64,000 bases of DNA from Bdellovibrio sp. (GTDB lineage Bacteria > Bdellovibrionota > Bdellovibrionia > Bdellovibrionales > Bdellovibrionaceae). Position numbers and translations under genes: made by a program. The notes beneath the pieces are model-generated. The model was not told where the DNA came from. It ran no database searches and saw only the letters and a program-made list of their open reading frames with translations. Shown here in pieces: positions 22,115 to 32,659 of the stretch. The stretch is taken from assembly GCA_014376935.1 (NCBI GenBank), contig JACMQO010000087.1, positions 5,289 to 69,288 on the forward strand, given 5' to 3'. Within the stretch, counting starts at the first letter, position 1, and the number at the start of each line of letters is the position of its first letter.

Positions 22115-22741
22115 ATGGCTACAGTTAATGTTACAAATTGGAAAAAAGAAAAAACTGGATCTTTGGAACTTGCTGCAAGCACTTTTGAGGTCGAAGTTAA
22201 AAAAGATGTTCTACACACTGTTGTGCGCTGGCAGTTAGCCTGCCGCAGACAAGGTACTCATATGACGAAAACTAAAGGTTTAGTCAGTGGTGGTGGTAAG
22301 AAGCCTTTCAAACAAAAAGGAACTGGTAATGCCCGTCAAGGTTCTACTCGTTCTCCATTAATGCCAGGCGGCGGTACTATGTTTGGTCCATCTCCTCGTA
22401 ACTACGCTTACGTTCTTCCTAAGAAGACTCGTAAAATAGGTTTGAAAATGGCTTTATCTTATTTATTAAAAGAGGGTCGTTTATTCGTTGTTGATTCAAT
22501 GGCGTCTGAAGGAAAAGCTAATGAGCTTAACAAAAGATTAAAAACTTTTGGAATTAAAAAAGCTGTTTTAGTTGATACAGTTTCTAACGCAAACTTCATG
22601 TTAGCAGCTCGTAACTTACAAAACTTCAAATACTTCCCAGTTGCAGGTATTAATGTTTTCGATCTTTTAAAATTTGACGGTGCGGTAATCACTAAAGATT
22701 CTGTAGCTAAAATCGTTGAGCGTTGTTCGGTGGAGAAATAA
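22115..22741 (+). CDS. rplD: 50S ribosomal protein L4
   Basis: RQGTH, KPFKQKGTGNARQGS, FGPSPR. Confidence 0.98.
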   Translation: MATVNVTNWKKEKTGSLELAASTFEVEVKKDVLHTVVRWQLACRRQGTHMTKTKGLVSGGGKKPFKQKGTGNARQGSTRSPLMPGGGTMFGPSPRNYAYVLPKKTRKIGLKMALSYLLKEGRLFVVDSMASEGKANELNKRLKTFGIKKAVLVDTVSNANFMLAARNLQNFKYFPVAGINVFDLLKFDGAVITKDSVAKIVERCSVEK

Positions 22742-22743
22742 AG

Positions 22744-23022
22744 ATGAAAACAATTATTAAAACTCCATTAATCACTGAGAAAAACACAAACCTAGCTGAA
22801 TCTGGTGTTTATGTTTTCGAAGTTGGATTAGATGCATCTAAGCCTGAAATCAAACAAGCTGTAGAAGCAGGTTTTTCTGTTAAAGTTATGGGTGTTAGAA
22901 CTGTTATTTGCAGAAATGACATGAAGTACTCAAAATTTGGTTTAACTAAACCAAAAAAATGGAAAAAGGCTTTTGTTAAATTAGCTGATGGCCAAAAACT
23001 TTCATTATTTGAGGGAGCCTAA
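22744..23022 (+). CDS. rplW: 50S ribosomal protein L23
   Basis: [26 protein letters not shown]; ATG 22744 with GGAG SD preferred over track start 22723. Confidence 0.95.
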   Translation: MKTIIKTPLITEKNTNLAESGVYVFEVGLDASKPEIKQAVEAGFSVKVMGVRTVICRNDMKYSKFGLTKPKKWKKAFVKLADGQKLSLFEGA

Positions 23023-23024
23023 TT

Positions 23025-23843
23025 ATGGGATTAAAGATTTTCAGCCCAAGATCACACGCTAGTCGTGGTGCGGTTGGCTTCGATTTCTCTGAAATTACTA
23101 AAACAACTCCAGAGAAATCTTTAACTGTTCCTTTGAGAAAACAATCCGCCCGTAATAATCACGGTCAGATCACAATTAGACATCAAGGTGGCGCTCATAA
23201 ACGTCGTTACCGTTTAATTGATTTCAAACGCACTAAAATGGAAGTTCCAGGAAAAGTAGCCTCAATTGAGTACGATCCAAATAGAACAAGCCGTATTGCT
23301 TTAATCAATTATGCTGATGGCGAAAAATGCTACATCATCGCACCAATTGGTTTAAACGTTGGCGATACAGTTATTTGCAGCACTAAAGCGGATATTAAAC
23401 CCGGAAATTGTTTACCAATTGGTTCAATCCCGGTTGGTACGATCATTCACAACATCGAAATGCGTCCAGGAAAAGGCGCGCAAATCTGTCGTGGTGCTGG
23501 TACTTCAGCGACTTTGGCCGGTAAAGGCGAAATGTACTGTCAAATTCGCTTACCCTCTGGTGAATTAAAACAAATTTTAACAACTTGTAAGGCTTCGGTT
23601 GGTCAAGTTGGTAATACGGATAATGAAAACATTAAACTTGGTAAAGCTGGTAAATCTCGTTGGAGAGGTATCCGTCCAAGCGTACGTGGTATGCATATGA
23701 ATCCGGTCGATCATCCGTTGGGTGGTGGTGAAGGTGTGGGTAAAGGTCGTCATCCTGTAACTCCATGGGGAAAGCCATGTAAAGGTTTCAAGACGAGACA
23801 TAATAAACGTACTAACTCTTCAATTATTAAACGTCGTAAATAG
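23025..23843 (+). CDS. rplB: 50S ribosomal protein L2
   Basis: [28 protein letters not shown]. Confidence 0.99.
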   Translation: MGLKIFSPRSHASRGAVGFDFSEITKTTPEKSLTVPLRKQSARNNHGQITIRHQGGAHKRRYRLIDFKRTKMEVPGKVASIEYDPNRTSRIALINYADGEKCYIIAPIGLNVGDTVICSTKADIKPGNCLPIGSIPVGTIIHNIEMRPGKGAQICRGAGTSATLAGKGEMYCQIRLPSGELKQILTTCKASVGQVGNTDNENIKLGKAGKSRWRGIRPSVRGMHMNPVDHPLGGGEGVGKGRHPVTPWGKPCKGFKTRHNKRTNSSIIKRRK

Positions 23844-23851
23844 GAGACACT

Positions 23852-24145
23852 GTGGCACGTTCGATAAAAAAAGGTCCTTTTGTTGATTTGCATTTAACTA
23901 AAAAGATAGATGCTGCTATTCAAAAGAACGACAAAAAAGTAATTAAAACCTGGTCACGAAGATCAACTATACTTCCTGAGTGTATTGGTTTAACTTTCGC
24001 CGTGCACAACGGAAGAAAGTTCGTACCTGTTTACATCACTGAAAACATGGTTGGACACAAGCTTGGTGAATTTTCACCAACTAGAACTTTCCAGGGTCAT
24101 GCTGAGAAAAAAGCAGCTCCTGCAGCTCCAGCAGCTAAGAAATAA
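23852..24145 (+). CDS. rpsS: 30S ribosomal protein S19 (GTG start)
   Basis: [27 protein letters not shown]. Confidence 0.99.
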   Translation: MARSIKKGPFVDLHLTKKIDAAIQKNDKKVIKTWSRRSTILPECIGLTFAVHNGRKFVPVYITENMVGHKLGEFSPTRTFQGHAEKKAAPAAPAAKK

Positions 24146-24159
24146 CGGTAGGTTGAATT

Positions 24160-24495
24160 ATGGAAACTAAAGCTTCTTTAAATTATGCAAGAGTTGGAGC
24201 CCAAAAAGCTCGTCTAGTTGCAGACACAGTTCGTGGCAAAAAAGTTGATGATGCATTAAAAACATTAACTTACATGAATAAAAAAACGGCCGTTTTGATT
24301 AAAAAATTAATTGAATCTGCTGTTGCTAACGCTGATTACAAAAAAACTATGGATATGGACAAGCTGTTCATCAAACATATTTCTGTTGATCAGGGGCCAG
24401 TATTAAAACGCTTCCGTCCTAGAGCGCAAGGTCGTGCATTTGGTGTTCGTAAGAAATTAAGTCACATCAATGTGATTCTTGGGGAAGGTAAATAA
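24160..24495 (+). CDS. rplV: 50S ribosomal protein L22
   Basis: [24 protein letters not shown]. Confidence 0.98.
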   Translation: METKASLNYARVGAQKARLVADTVRGKKVDDALKTLTYMNKKTAVLIKKLIESAVANADYKKTMDMDKLFIKHISVDQGPVLKRFRPRAQGRAFGVRKKLSHINVILGEGK

Positions 24496-25166
24496 TGGGA
24501 CAAAAGGTCAATCCGATTGGTTTTCGCGTTGGTGTTATCCGTACTTGGGATTCTCGTTGGTATGCTAAAGGCAAAACTTACTATGATTTCATTCATGAAG
24601 ACTTGAAGTTCAGAAATTATCTTAAAGCAAAATTGAAACACGCAGGTGTTTCTAAAATTGAAATTGAAAGAGCTGCTAACAAAGTTAAAATCATTATCCA
24701 CACCGCACGTCCGGGTGTTGTTATTGGTAAAAAAGGTACTGGCATCGATACTTTAAAAGCTGACGTCCAAAAATTAACTAAGAACGAAGTTTTCTTAAGC
24801 ATTCAAGAAGTTCGTAAGCCAGATACAGACGCTCAATTAGTTGCAGAAAGTATCGCTATGCAATTAGAAAAGCGTATCTCTTGGAGACGTGCTCTTAAAA
24901 AATCTATCGCTGCTGCTGTCAAGGGCGGGGTTAGAGGTATTAAAGTTCGTGTATCGGGTCGTTTAGACGGCGCAGAGATTGCTCGTTCTGAATGGTATAA
25001 TGAAAAATCTGTTCCACTTCATACTCTTCGTGCAGACATCGATTACGGTGTAGCGCGTGCTCAAACAGCGTACGGCATTATTGGCATGAAAGTTTGGATC
25101 TACAAAGGCGATATTTTATCAGTTCGCGAAGTCCAAAATCAGGAGGCTGGCCGTGTTAAGTCCTAA
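24495..25166 (+). CDS. rpsC: 30S ribosomal protein S3
   Basis: [32 protein letters not shown]. Confidence 0.99.
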   Translation: MGQKVNPIGFRVGVIRTWDSRWYAKGKTYYDFIHEDLKFRNYLKAKLKHAGVSKIEIERAANKVKIIIHTARPGVVIGKKGTGIDTLKADVQKLTKNEVFLSIQEVRKPDTDAQLVAESIAMQLEKRISWRRALKKSIAAAVKGGVRGIKVRVSGRLDGAEIARSEWYNEKSVPLHTLRADIDYGVARAQTAYGIIGMKVWIYKGDILSVREVQNQEAGRVKS

Positions 25167-25560
25167 GCGCGTTAAATGGAGAAAGCAATTTATCGGTAGA
25201 GCTAAAGGTTTAGCTCACCGTGGATCAACTTTAGATTTTGGTGATTTTGGTTTACAAGCGGCTGAAGAAGGACGACTTACTGCTCGTCAATTAGAAGCTG
25301 GCCGTGTTGCTATTAACAGAACTATTAAACGTGGTGGTAAAGTTTGGTGCCGCGTTTTCCCAGATCTTCCAGTAACAAAAAAACCTGCTGAGACTCGTAT
25401 GGGTAGCGGTAAAGGTAATCCAGAATTCTGGGTTGCACGTTGTTTACCAGGAAGAATCTTATTTGAAATGAACGGTGTTACTCGCGAACAAGCTAAAGAA
25501 GCGTTTTTGCGTGCGTCACACAAGCTTCCTTTTAAAACTAAATTTTTAGAGAGAGTTTAA
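25153..25560 (+). CDS. rplP: 50S ribosomal protein L16 (GTG start)
   Basis: [20 protein letters not shown]. Confidence 0.99.
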   Translation: MLSPKRVKWRKQFIGRAKGLAHRGSTLDFGDFGLQAAEEGRLTARQLEAGRVAINRTIKRGGKVWCRVFPDLPVTKKPAETRMGSGKGNPEFWVARCLPGRILFEMNGVTREQAKEAFLRASHKLPFKTKFLERV

Positions 25561-25562
25561 TT

Positions 25563-25754
25563 ATGGAATTTAAAGATCTTGAAAACAAAAACACAGTTGA
25601 ATTAATTAAACAGAAAACTGATTTAGTTACTAAATTATTTGATATGAAAATGAAGAACAGCTTAGGTCAACTAACTGGTCCTCACCAAATTAAAAGTTTA
25701 AGACGTGATATCGCTCGTATTAATACAGCGTTAATCAGAAAGTCTGCAAGGTAG
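25563..25754 (+). CDS. rpmC: 50S ribosomal protein L29
   Basis: GQLTGPHQIKSLRRDIARINT; position in S10 operon. Confidence 0.95.
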   Translation: MEFKDLENKNTVELIKQKTDLVTKLFDMKMKNSLGQLTGPHQIKSLRRDIARINTALIRKSAR

Positions 25755-25757
25755 TAT

Positions 25758-26054
25758 ATGAAAGCTAAAGCTAATGTAACTGAAAATACTGAAAATGGCC
25801 GCGGTCGTCGCGTAGAATTAACAGGTGAAGTTGTTGCAAGTAAAATGCAAAAAACTGTTTCTGTTTTGGTTTACCGTACGATTAAGCATGAAAAGTATGG
25901 CAAATACATCAAAAAATCTTCTGTAATCAAAGCTCATGATGAAAAACAACAATGCAAAGTTGGTGATACAGTCGTGATCTACGAAACGCGTCCACTAAGC
26001 AAAACTAAACGTTGGGCTTTGTCTTCAATCGTAAACACAGCGAAGCAGGTATAA
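25758..26054 (+). CDS. rpsQ: 30S ribosomal protein S17
   Basis: KMQKTVSV, HEKYGK, AHDE, ETRPLSKTKRW. Confidence 0.98.
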   Translation: MKAKANVTENTENGRGRRVELTGEVVASKMQKTVSVLVYRTIKHEKYGKYIKKSSVIKAHDEKQQCKVGDTVVIYETRPLSKTKRWALSSIVNTAKQV

Positions 26055-26057
26055 TTT

Positions 26058-26426
26058 ATGATTCAAATGCAAAGTCGTTTAAATGTAGCAGATAACTCAG
26101 GTGCAAAGGAAGTTATGTGCATTAAGGTGTTGGGCGGCTCTAAAAGACGTTTCGCATCTATCGGGGACATTATCGTTGTTTCTATTAAAGAAGCAATTCC
26201 CAACGCGAAAGTAAAAAAAGGTGATGTTGCAAAAGCTGTGATAGTGCGTACTATTCACAAGTTGCGTCGTCCAGATGGCAGTTATATCCGTTTCGATGAT
26301 AACTCTGCTGTTTTAATCAACGCGGCTAAAGAGCCAGTTGGAACACGTATTTTTGGTCCTGTTGCTAGAGAGTTAAGAGCTAAACAGTTTGTTAAAATTG
26401 TTTCTCTTGCTCCAGAAGTGTTATAG
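26058..26426 (+). CDS. rplN: 50S ribosomal protein L14
   Basis: [38 protein letters not shown]. Confidence 0.99.
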   Translation: MIQMQSRLNVADNSGAKEVMCIKVLGGSKRRFASIGDIIVVSIKEAIPNAKVKKGDVAKAVIVRTIHKLRRPDGSYIRFDDNSAVLINAAKEPVGTRIFGPVARELRAKQFVKIVSLAPEVL

Positions 26427-26434
26427 AGGAATTT

Positions 26435-26971
26435 ATGAGATTAAAAGAAACGTACACTAAAGAAATAGTACCAGATTTAATGAAAAGACTTGGATACGAA
26501 AGCACTATGCAAGTTCCAAGACTTGAAAAAATCATTATCAGCGTATCTTCAGGCGATGTTGTTCAAAATCCAAAGCTTGTTAATGGTATCGTTGATGAAA
26601 TCAGTGCAATTGCTGGTCAAAAAGCAGTTGTTACTAAAGCTAAAAAAGCGATTTCTAACTTCAAATTACGTGCGGGCATTCCAATCGGCGTTCGTGTTAC
26701 ATTAAGACGTGACAGAATGTGGTCTTTCTTGGATCGTCTTCAAACATTAGCTTTACCTCGCGTTCGTGACTTCCGTGGTTTGCCGTCAAAAGGTTTTGAT
26801 GGTCGTGGAAATTATAACATGGGTCTTAAAGAACAAATCGTGTTTCCAGAAATTAACTTTGATAAAATAGAAAAAGTTCGTGGTATGAATATTACAATTT
26901 GTACAACGGCTGATAACGATAACGACGGACGAGCTCTTCTTGAGGCATTAGGCATGCCTTTTAGAAAGTAA
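26435..26971 (+). CDS. rplE: 50S ribosomal protein L5
   Basis: [37 protein letters not shown]. Confidence 0.99.
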   Translation: MRLKETYTKEIVPDLMKRLGYESTMQVPRLEKIIISVSSGDVVQNPKLVNGIVDEISAIAGQKAVVTKAKKAISNFKLRAGIPIGVRVTLRRDRMWSFLDRLQTLALPRVRDFRGLPSKGFDGRGNYNMGLKEQIVFPEINFDKIEKVRGMNITICTTADNDNDGRALLEALGMPFRK

Positions 26972-26978
26972 GGGATAT

Positions 26979-27284
26979 ATGGCAAGACTAGCTAGTATTA
27001 AAAAAAATAATCGTAAGAAAGAAATCTCTACTAAGTACTACAAGTACAGAGACGAACTTCGTGAAAAAGCAGTTAACTTTTCTTTATCTGAGGAGGAAAG
27101 AACTGTAGCTCGTCAAAAGCTACAAGCTCTTCCTAGAAATACTTCGCCAAACCGTGTGACTACTCGTTGTCAGATCACGGGTCGTCCTCGTGGTAATTAT
27201 AAAAAATTTGGTCTATCTAGAATTGCTTTCCGTCAGCTAGCGCTTGATGGAAAACTTCCTGGTGTTACTAAGGCAAGTTGGTAG
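26979..27284 (+). CDS. rpsN: 30S ribosomal protein S14, long Zn-independent (C-) form
   Basis: [26 protein letters not shown]; 101 aa with one Cys. Confidence 0.97.
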   Translation: MARLASIKKNNRKKEISTKYYKYRDELREKAVNFSLSEEERTVARQKLQALPRNTSPNRVTTRCQITGRPRGNYKKFGLSRIAFRQLALDGKLPGVTKASW

Positions 27285-27292
27285 GGGATAAA

Positions 27293-27682
27293 ATGGATAC
27301 TATTGCACAAATGTTAACAAATGTTCGAAACGGTTCTATGGCTAAACTTGAAAAAGTTGACATGCCCGCTTCAAAAGTTCGTGAAAATATTGCTAAAATT
27401 TTGATTAAAGAAGGCTTTGTTCGCAGCTTCAAAATGGCTCGTGACAGTAAACAAGGCATTATGCGTATTTACCTTAAGTATGATGAAGTCGGTAACCCAG
27501 CTTTTTCTAACTTGTCTAAAGTAAGTACTCCAGGAAAACGCGTTTACGTTAAGTCTAGCGAAATTCCAGTCGTTCGTTCTGGAACTGGTCAATGTATTAT
27601 CAGTACAAATAAAGGGATTATGACAGGAAATGATGCTATCAAGGGTAACCTTGGCGGCGAAATTCTTTGTCTAGTTTGGTAG
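27293..27682 (+). CDS. rpsH: 30S ribosomal protein S8
   Basis: ILIKEGFV, VSTPGKRVY, STNKGIMT, GGEILCLVW; ATG 27293 with GGGGA SD preferred over track start 27278. Confidence 0.97.
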   Translation: MDTIAQMLTNVRNGSMAKLEKVDMPASKVRENIAKILIKEGFVRSFKMARDSKQGIMRIYLKYDEVGNPAFSNLSKVSTPGKRVYVKSSEIPVVRSGTGQCIISTNKGIMTGNDAIKGNLGGEILCLVW

Positions 27683-27689
27683 GTTAATT

Positions 27690-28229
27690 ATGTCTCGTAT
27701 CGGTAAGTACCCAATTAATTTAGACGACAAAACTCAAGTTACGATTGCAGGTAATCTAGTAACAGTAAAAGGTGCAAAATCATCTTTAGCTTTTAACATG
27801 GATTCTCGCATAACGGCTAAAGTTGCTGATAAAAAAGTTGTATTAACTCGTCAAGATGACACTTCTGAATCTAAGTCATTACACGGTTTATATAAAGTTC
27901 TTATCCAAAATGCTGTCACTGGTGTTTCTACAGGTTTCTCAAAAACTTTAGAACTTCACGGTGTCGGCTACAGAGGAAATGTTCAAGGTAAAAAACTTGA
28001 ATTATCTTTAGGTTTTTCTCACCCAATTATTTTTGATGTCCCAGAAGGAATCGAGATTAAGGTTGAAAAGCAAATCACAATCACGGTTCACGGTGCTGAT
28101 AAGGCATTAGTTGGCCAGGTTGCTGCCAAAATCAGAGGTTTCCGCCCACCTGAGCCTTACCTTGGAAAAGGTGTTCGTTACGCAGGTGAGCATATTAGAC
28201 GTAAAGCTGGTAAGTCAGCAGGTAAATAA
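27690..28229 (+). CDS. rplF: 50S ribosomal protein L6
   Basis: MSRIGK, GVGYR, LGFSHP, RPPEPYLGKGVRY. Confidence 0.99.
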   Translation: MSRIGKYPINLDDKTQVTIAGNLVTVKGAKSSLAFNMDSRITAKVADKKVVLTRQDDTSESKSLHGLYKVLIQNAVTGVSTGFSKTLELHGVGYRGNVQGKKLELSLGFSHPIIFDVPEGIEIKVEKQITITVHGADKALVGQVAAKIRGFRPPEPYLGKGVRYAGEHIRRKAGKSAGK

Positions 28230-28244
28230 TTTTAGAGGTGTTTT

Positions 28245-28613
28245 ATGAAGTTAAGAGTTTCGAAGCATACTGCAAGTAAGTCTGCTAACCGATTGAAGAA
28301 AAAAATTAAAATCAGAAAAACCGTAACTGGTACGACTGTTCGTCCACGTCTTTGTGTATTTAGAAGTGCCAAGCACATCTACGCACAAGTTGTGAACGAT
28401 GAACAACATAAGACAATTTTGACAGTTTCATCTTTGAAATTTGATCAGAAACTTGATGGAAAAGGTTTGGCAAAATTAGTTGGAAAGACTGTTGCTGAAG
28501 CTTCTTTGAAAAAAGGTATCAAAGCAGTTGTGTTTGATCGTAATGGTTTTATTTACCACGGACGAGTACAAGCATTAGCAGATGGCGCGCGTGAAGCCGG
28601 ACTTAATTTTTAA
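28245..28613 (+). CDS. rplR: 50S ribosomal protein L18
   Basis: RPRLCVFRSAKHIYAQ, VFDRNGFIYHGRVQALADGAREAGL. Confidence 0.99.
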   Translation: MKLRVSKHTASKSANRLKKKIKIRKTVTGTTVRPRLCVFRSAKHIYAQVVNDEQHKTILTVSSLKFDQKLDGKGLAKLVGKTVAEASLKKGIKAVVFDRNGFIYHGRVQALADGAREAGLNF

Positions 28614-28624
28614 TCGGAGACTGA

Positions 28625-29077
28625 ATGGAAAAAATGAATTCTGAATTAGAAGAAAAAGTTGTTGCGATCAATCGCGTAACTAAAGTTGTAAAGGGTGGTC
28701 GTAGATTCTCTTTTGCGGCTTTAGTGGTTGTTGGCGACAAAGTCGGTCAAGTAGGTTTCGGTAGCGGTAAAGCCGGCGAAGTTCCTGAGGCGATCGGTAA
28801 GGCAACGCGTTCAGCTAAAAAAGCTTGTAATGATATTCAATTAACAGACTTAGGATCAATTCCTCATGAAGTTATTGGGAAATTTGGCGCAGCTAAAGTG
28901 ATCATGAAGCCTGCTGCTCCAGGTACTGGAGTTATTGCTGGAGGAGCTGTGCGTGCAGTTCTTGAATCAGTAGGAGTTAAAGACATTTTAACTAAATGTG
29001 TTGGTACTCGTAATCCTCATAATGCAGTTCGCGCTACATTAGATGGATTAAAACAATTGAAAAAAATGAGAGGTTAG
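28625..29077 (+). CDS. rpsE: 30S ribosomal protein S5
   Basis: [26 protein letters not shown]. Confidence 0.99.
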   Translation: MEKMNSELEEKVVAINRVTKVVKGGRRFSFAALVVVGDKVGQVGFGSGKAGEVPEAIGKATRSAKKACNDIQLTDLGSIPHEVIGKFGAAKVIMKPAAPGTGVIAGGAVRAVLESVGVKDILTKCVGTRNPHNAVRATLDGLKQLKKMRG

Positions 29078-29079
29078 TC

Positions 29080-29265
29080 GTGGCTAAATCTTTTACAGTA
29101 AAATTAAAACGTTCAACTATTAGTTGCAGCGAAGATCAGATCAGAACTGTTAGAGCTCTTGGTTTACGCAAGGTAAACAGCACAGTTGAAGTTTCTGACA
29201 ATTCTGCAAATCGTGGTCAGTTAAATAAGGTTCAACATTTGTTAGAAATAACAGTTAAGAAATAA
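29080..29265 (+). CDS. rpmD: 50S ribosomal protein L30 (GTG start)
   Basis: RALGLRK, RGQLNKVQHLL; position between rpsE and rplO. Confidence 0.95.
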   Translation: MAKSFTVKLKRSTISCSEDQIRTVRALGLRKVNSTVEVSDNSANRGQLNKVQHLLEITVKK

Positions 29266-29276
29266 TTGGAGTTATT

Positions 29277-29717
29277 ATGAGCTTACTATCGTCATTAGCC
29301 CCTAAGGCAGGATCGACTCATTACAAAAAGAGAATTGGCCGTGGTATTGGATCTGGCATGGGCGGAACATCTACTAAAGGTCACAAGGGTCAACTTGCAC
29401 GTACTGGTGGTAAAGTTAGACGTGGTTTTGAAGGTGGACAAACTCCTCTTTCTAGACGTTTACCAAAATTTGGTTTCACAAACATTGCGTTTGCGACTAA
29501 TTACCAAATCATCAATTTATCAGACTTAAATCAATTCGAAGGTTCTGTTGATTCAGCTGCGTTATACAAAGCTGGATTATCTACAAAAACTAGTCGAATT
29601 AAAATTTTAGCTAAAGGCGAATTAAAAAAAGCTTTAAAAGTTAAAACTCACGCTATCAGCGAAAAAGCTAAACTAGCTATCGAAAAAGCTGGTGGATCAG
29701 TTGAGGTAATCAAGTAG
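29277..29717 (+). CDS. rplO: 50S ribosomal protein L15
   Basis: GRGIGSG, GHKGQLAR, FEGGQTPL, RLPKFGF. Confidence 0.99.
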   Translation: MSLLSSLAPKAGSTHYKKRIGRGIGSGMGGTSTKGHKGQLARTGGKVRRGFEGGQTPLSRRLPKFGFTNIAFATNYQIINLSDLNQFEGSVDSAALYKAGLSTKTSRIKILAKGELKKALKVKTHAISEKAKLAIEKAGGSVEVIK

Positions 29718-31042
29718 TGGCTGAGCAAAAGGTTGATAATAAAGGTCTAGGAAGTCTAAAAGCTAAAATTATTTTTACTTTGGTTTGCTTGGCTGTTTAT
29801 CGTATTGGGGTTCATATCCCAACACCAGGAGTTAACGGTTTAGCAGTTTCTGAGTTTTTTAATTCTCAGAATCGCGGAATTTTCGGTATGTTTAATACCT
29901 TTTCTGGCGGAGCCTTATCTCAATTTTCAATCTTTGCGCTTGGAATTATGCCCTACATCTCTGCTTCAATTATTTTCCAGCTTTTAACTTCTGCGATTCC
30001 AGTTTTGGAATCTTTGAAGAAAGAAGGCGAAGCAGGAAGAAAAAAGATCAGTCAGTATACTCGTTATGCGACTGTTGTTTTAGCTGTTATTCAAGGTTAC
30101 GGAATGAGCACTTGGTTAGCTAGTCAAACGTCGACTGCTGGTCAAAGCTTATTGTCATCTGGGTCAATCGGAATGTTCCCTTTCAAATTTGTGACCGTTC
30201 TGACACTAGTTTCAGGAACTTGTTTTATTATGTGGTTGGGCGACCAAATCACAGAAAAGGGTATCGGAAACGGTACTTCATTAATTATCTTTACTGGTAT
30301 CGCGGCTTCAATTCCGTCTGGCGCTCAACGTATGTTCGAATTAGTTAAATCTAATGAATTAAATGCTGTTCTTGCTTTAGCGTTATTGGTTTTCATGGTT
30401 CTAGTAATTGCTGCAGTTATTTTTATGGAAGTAGCTCAACGTCGTGTTGCTATTCAGTACAGCCAAAAGCTTGCTAATAACAATATGGGTTCTTTAGCTT
30501 CTAGCCATTTACCTATTAAAATTAACTTTGCCGGAGTTATTCCACCAATTTTTGCAAGTTCGTTGTTAATGTTTCCAAGTACTTTGGCTCAGTTTGTTCA
30601 AACACCTTGGATCAATTCGATCAAAGATTCTTTGAATCCAGATGGAATTATTTTTAACATTTTATTTGTTTTGTTTATCGTATTCTTCTCATTTTTTTAC
30701 ACAGACATCGTGTTTAATGCTGACGAAGTTTCTGAAAACTTAAAAAAATCTGGCGCGTTTGTTCCTGGTATTAGAGCAGGTAAAAGCACAGCAGATTTCA
30801 TTCGTTACGTATTAGATCGTATCAATGTTATTGGTTGTTTGTATTTATGTGTGATTTGTATCCTACCAGGCTTATTGGCTAAGTTTTTCAATATCCCATT
30901 TTACTTCGGTGGAACGAGCTTACTAATTTTAGTTGGAGTGGCTATTGATACATCTCAACAAATTCAATCCCATTTATTATCTAGAAAATATGATTCTTTC
31001 TTATCCGGTGTTAAAATTCGCAGCAGAAGGGTTCAGTTTTGA
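29717..31042 (+). CDS. secY: Preprotein translocase subunit SecY (GTG start)
   Basis: SIFALGIMPYISASII, GIGNGTSL, GVIPPIFASS, PGIRAG, FGGTSLLILVGV. Confidence 0.99.
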   Translation: MAEQKVDNKGLGSLKAKIIFTLVCLAVYRIGVHIPTPGVNGLAVSEFFNSQNRGIFGMFNTFSGGALSQFSIFALGIMPYISASIIFQLLTSAIPVLESLKKEGEAGRKKISQYTRYATVVLAVIQGYGMSTWLASQTSTAGQSLLSSGSIGMFPFKFVTVLTLVSGTCFIMWLGDQITEKGIGNGTSLIIFTGIAASIPSGAQRMFELVKSNELNAVLALALLVFMVLVIAAVIFMEVAQRRVAIQYSQKLANNNMGSLASSHLPIKINFAGVIPPIFASSLLMFPSTLAQFVQTPWINSIKDSLNPDGIIFNILFVLFIVFFSFFYTDIVFNADEVSENLKKSGAFVPGIRAGKSTADFIRYVLDRINVIGCLYLCVICILPGLLAKFFNIPFYFGGTSLLILVGVAIDTSQQIQSHLLSRKYDSFLSGVKIRSRRVQF

Positions 31043-31686
31043 ACGTAATCTTAATAGGAGCTCCGGGCTCTGGTAAGGGAACGCAGTCCCGCTATTTAAT
31101 GGATAAACATAACTTTATCCAGCTTAGCACGGGCGATTTGTTAAGAGCCGCGATTGCTGCAAAAACAGCTGTTGGCTTAGAAGCAAAAGGTTTAATGGAC
31201 CAAGGTAAATTGGTTCCAGATGATGTAATGATCAAATTAGTTGATAGTTACGTCGAGCAAAATAAAGGTAAATCGATCATTTTCGATGGTTTTCCAAGAA
31301 CGGTTGCTCAAGCCGAAAATTTAGAATTAGTTTTAAAAAAGAACTCTAGTGCGATTGGTAAAGTGATTTATTTCCGCATTAACCCTAAATTGCTTGTAAA
31401 AAGGTTAACGGGGCGCAGAACTTGTGTAAAATGCGGAGAAATCTATCATATTGATTCTAAGCCATCATCTAAAGGTGATATCTGTGAAAAATGTGGTGGC
31501 GAGTTAAAGCAGCGACCTGATGATCGAAAAGAAGTCATTGGTGAACGGCTTGATCAATTTAGTAAAAACACGGGGCCGACAATAGACTATTATATTAAAA
31601 AAAATATGCTAGCCGAAGTAGACTGCGAAAAAGATCCTGAATTGATATTAAAAGATATTGAGAAAATTTTAGGCTTAAGTAATTAG
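31039..31686 (+). CDS. adk: Adenylate kinase with Zn-binding LID (TTG start)
   Basis: [22 protein letters not shown], CxxC...CxxC LID, QRPDD. Confidence 0.98.
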   Translation: MNVILIGAPGSGKGTQSRYLMDKHNFIQLSTGDLLRAAIAAKTAVGLEAKGLMDQGKLVPDDVMIKLVDSYVEQNKGKSIIFDGFPRTVAQAENLELVLKKNSSAIGKVIYFRINPKLLVKRLTGRRTCVKCGEIYHIDSKPSSKGDICEKCGGELKQRPDDRKEVIGERLDQFSKNTGPTIDYYIKKNMLAEVDCEKDPELILKDIEKILGLSN

Positions 31687-31744
31687 GGCTAGACTAGTTA
31701 AGTATTGGGTGTTAATTAAATTAACCTTTTGGCGGAGTATAGTA

Positions 31745-31858
31745 ATGAAAGTTAGACCATCGGTAAAAAAAATCTGTAATAAGTGTAAAGTTATTAAGAG
31801 AAAAGGTGTTATTCGAGTGATCTGTGAGAACTCAAAACACAAGCAAAGGCAGGGTTAA
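31745..31858 (+). CDS. rpmJ: 50S ribosomal protein L36 (not in supplied ORF track), Zn-ribbon form
   Basis: Manual translation [37 protein letters not shown]; GGAG SD. Confidence 0.98.
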   Translation: MKVRPSVKKICNKCKVIKRKGVIRVICENSKHKQRQG

Positions 31859-31860
31859 TT

Positions 31861-32235
31861 ATGGCACGTTTGATGGGTATTGACTTACCTCGTAACAAGC
31901 GAGTTGAAGTTGCGTTAACATATATTTTTGGAATTGGCCGTTCGCGCGCTAAAGAACTATGTAAAGACGCAGGAATTCCTGGCGATTTACGTACGGATGC
32001 TTTAACGGATGAACAAACAGCGCAAATGCGTGCTCTAATCGAAGGAAGTTTCAAGGTTGAAGGTGATCTTCGTCGTGAAATCAGTATGTCGATTAAACGT
32101 TTAACAGACGTTAACTGTTACAGAGGCACAAGACACAGAAAAGGCTTACCAGTTCGTGGACAAAATACTCGTTCGAATGCAAGAACACGTAAAGGTCCTA
32201 AGAAAACTGTAGCTAACAAGAAAAAAGCTGTTTAA
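31861..32235 (+). CDS. rpsM: 30S ribosomal protein S13
   Basis: [39 protein letters not shown]. Confidence 0.99.
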   Translation: MARLMGIDLPRNKRVEVALTYIFGIGRSRAKELCKDAGIPGDLRTDALTDEQTAQMRALIEGSFKVEGDLRREISMSIKRLTDVNCYRGTRHRKGLPVRGQNTRSNARTRKGPKKTVANKKKAV

Positions 32236-32252
32236 TTAAACTAGGGTGAATA

Positions 32253-32648
32253 ATGGAAAATAAAAAAGCCTCTACAGTCGTAAAAAAGAAAATTAAAAAA
32301 AATGTTCTACAAGGACAATGCCATATTTCTGCTGGTTTCGGTAACGTGATTGTTACTTTTACTGATGCAGGCGGTGACACGGTTTCTTGGTCTTCAGCAG
32401 GACACATGGGATTCAAAGGAAGCCGTAAAGGTACTCCGTATGCAGCTCAAGTAACAGCAGAAGACGCGGCTAAAAAGGCAATCGATAGCGGTATGAAATC
32501 TGTTGATGTTCTTTTAAAAGGCCCGGGAGCAGGTCGTGAACCAGCTATCCGTGCTTTAGCGGGAACTGGTATCAGAATTTTATCTTTAAAAGATATTACT
32601 CCTGTTCCACACAATGGTTGCCGTCCTCCAAAACGTAGAAGAATTTAA
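32253..32648 (+). CDS. rpsK: 30S ribosomal protein S11
   Basis: [36 protein letters not shown]. Confidence 0.99.
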   Translation: MENKKASTVVKKKIKKNVLQGQCHISAGFGNVIVTFTDAGGDTVSWSSAGHMGFKGSRKGTPYAAQVTAEDAAKKAIDSGMKSVDVLLKGPGAGREPAIRALAGTGIRILSLKDITPVPHNGCRPPKRRRI

Positions 32649-32659
32649 TAGAGGTTATT

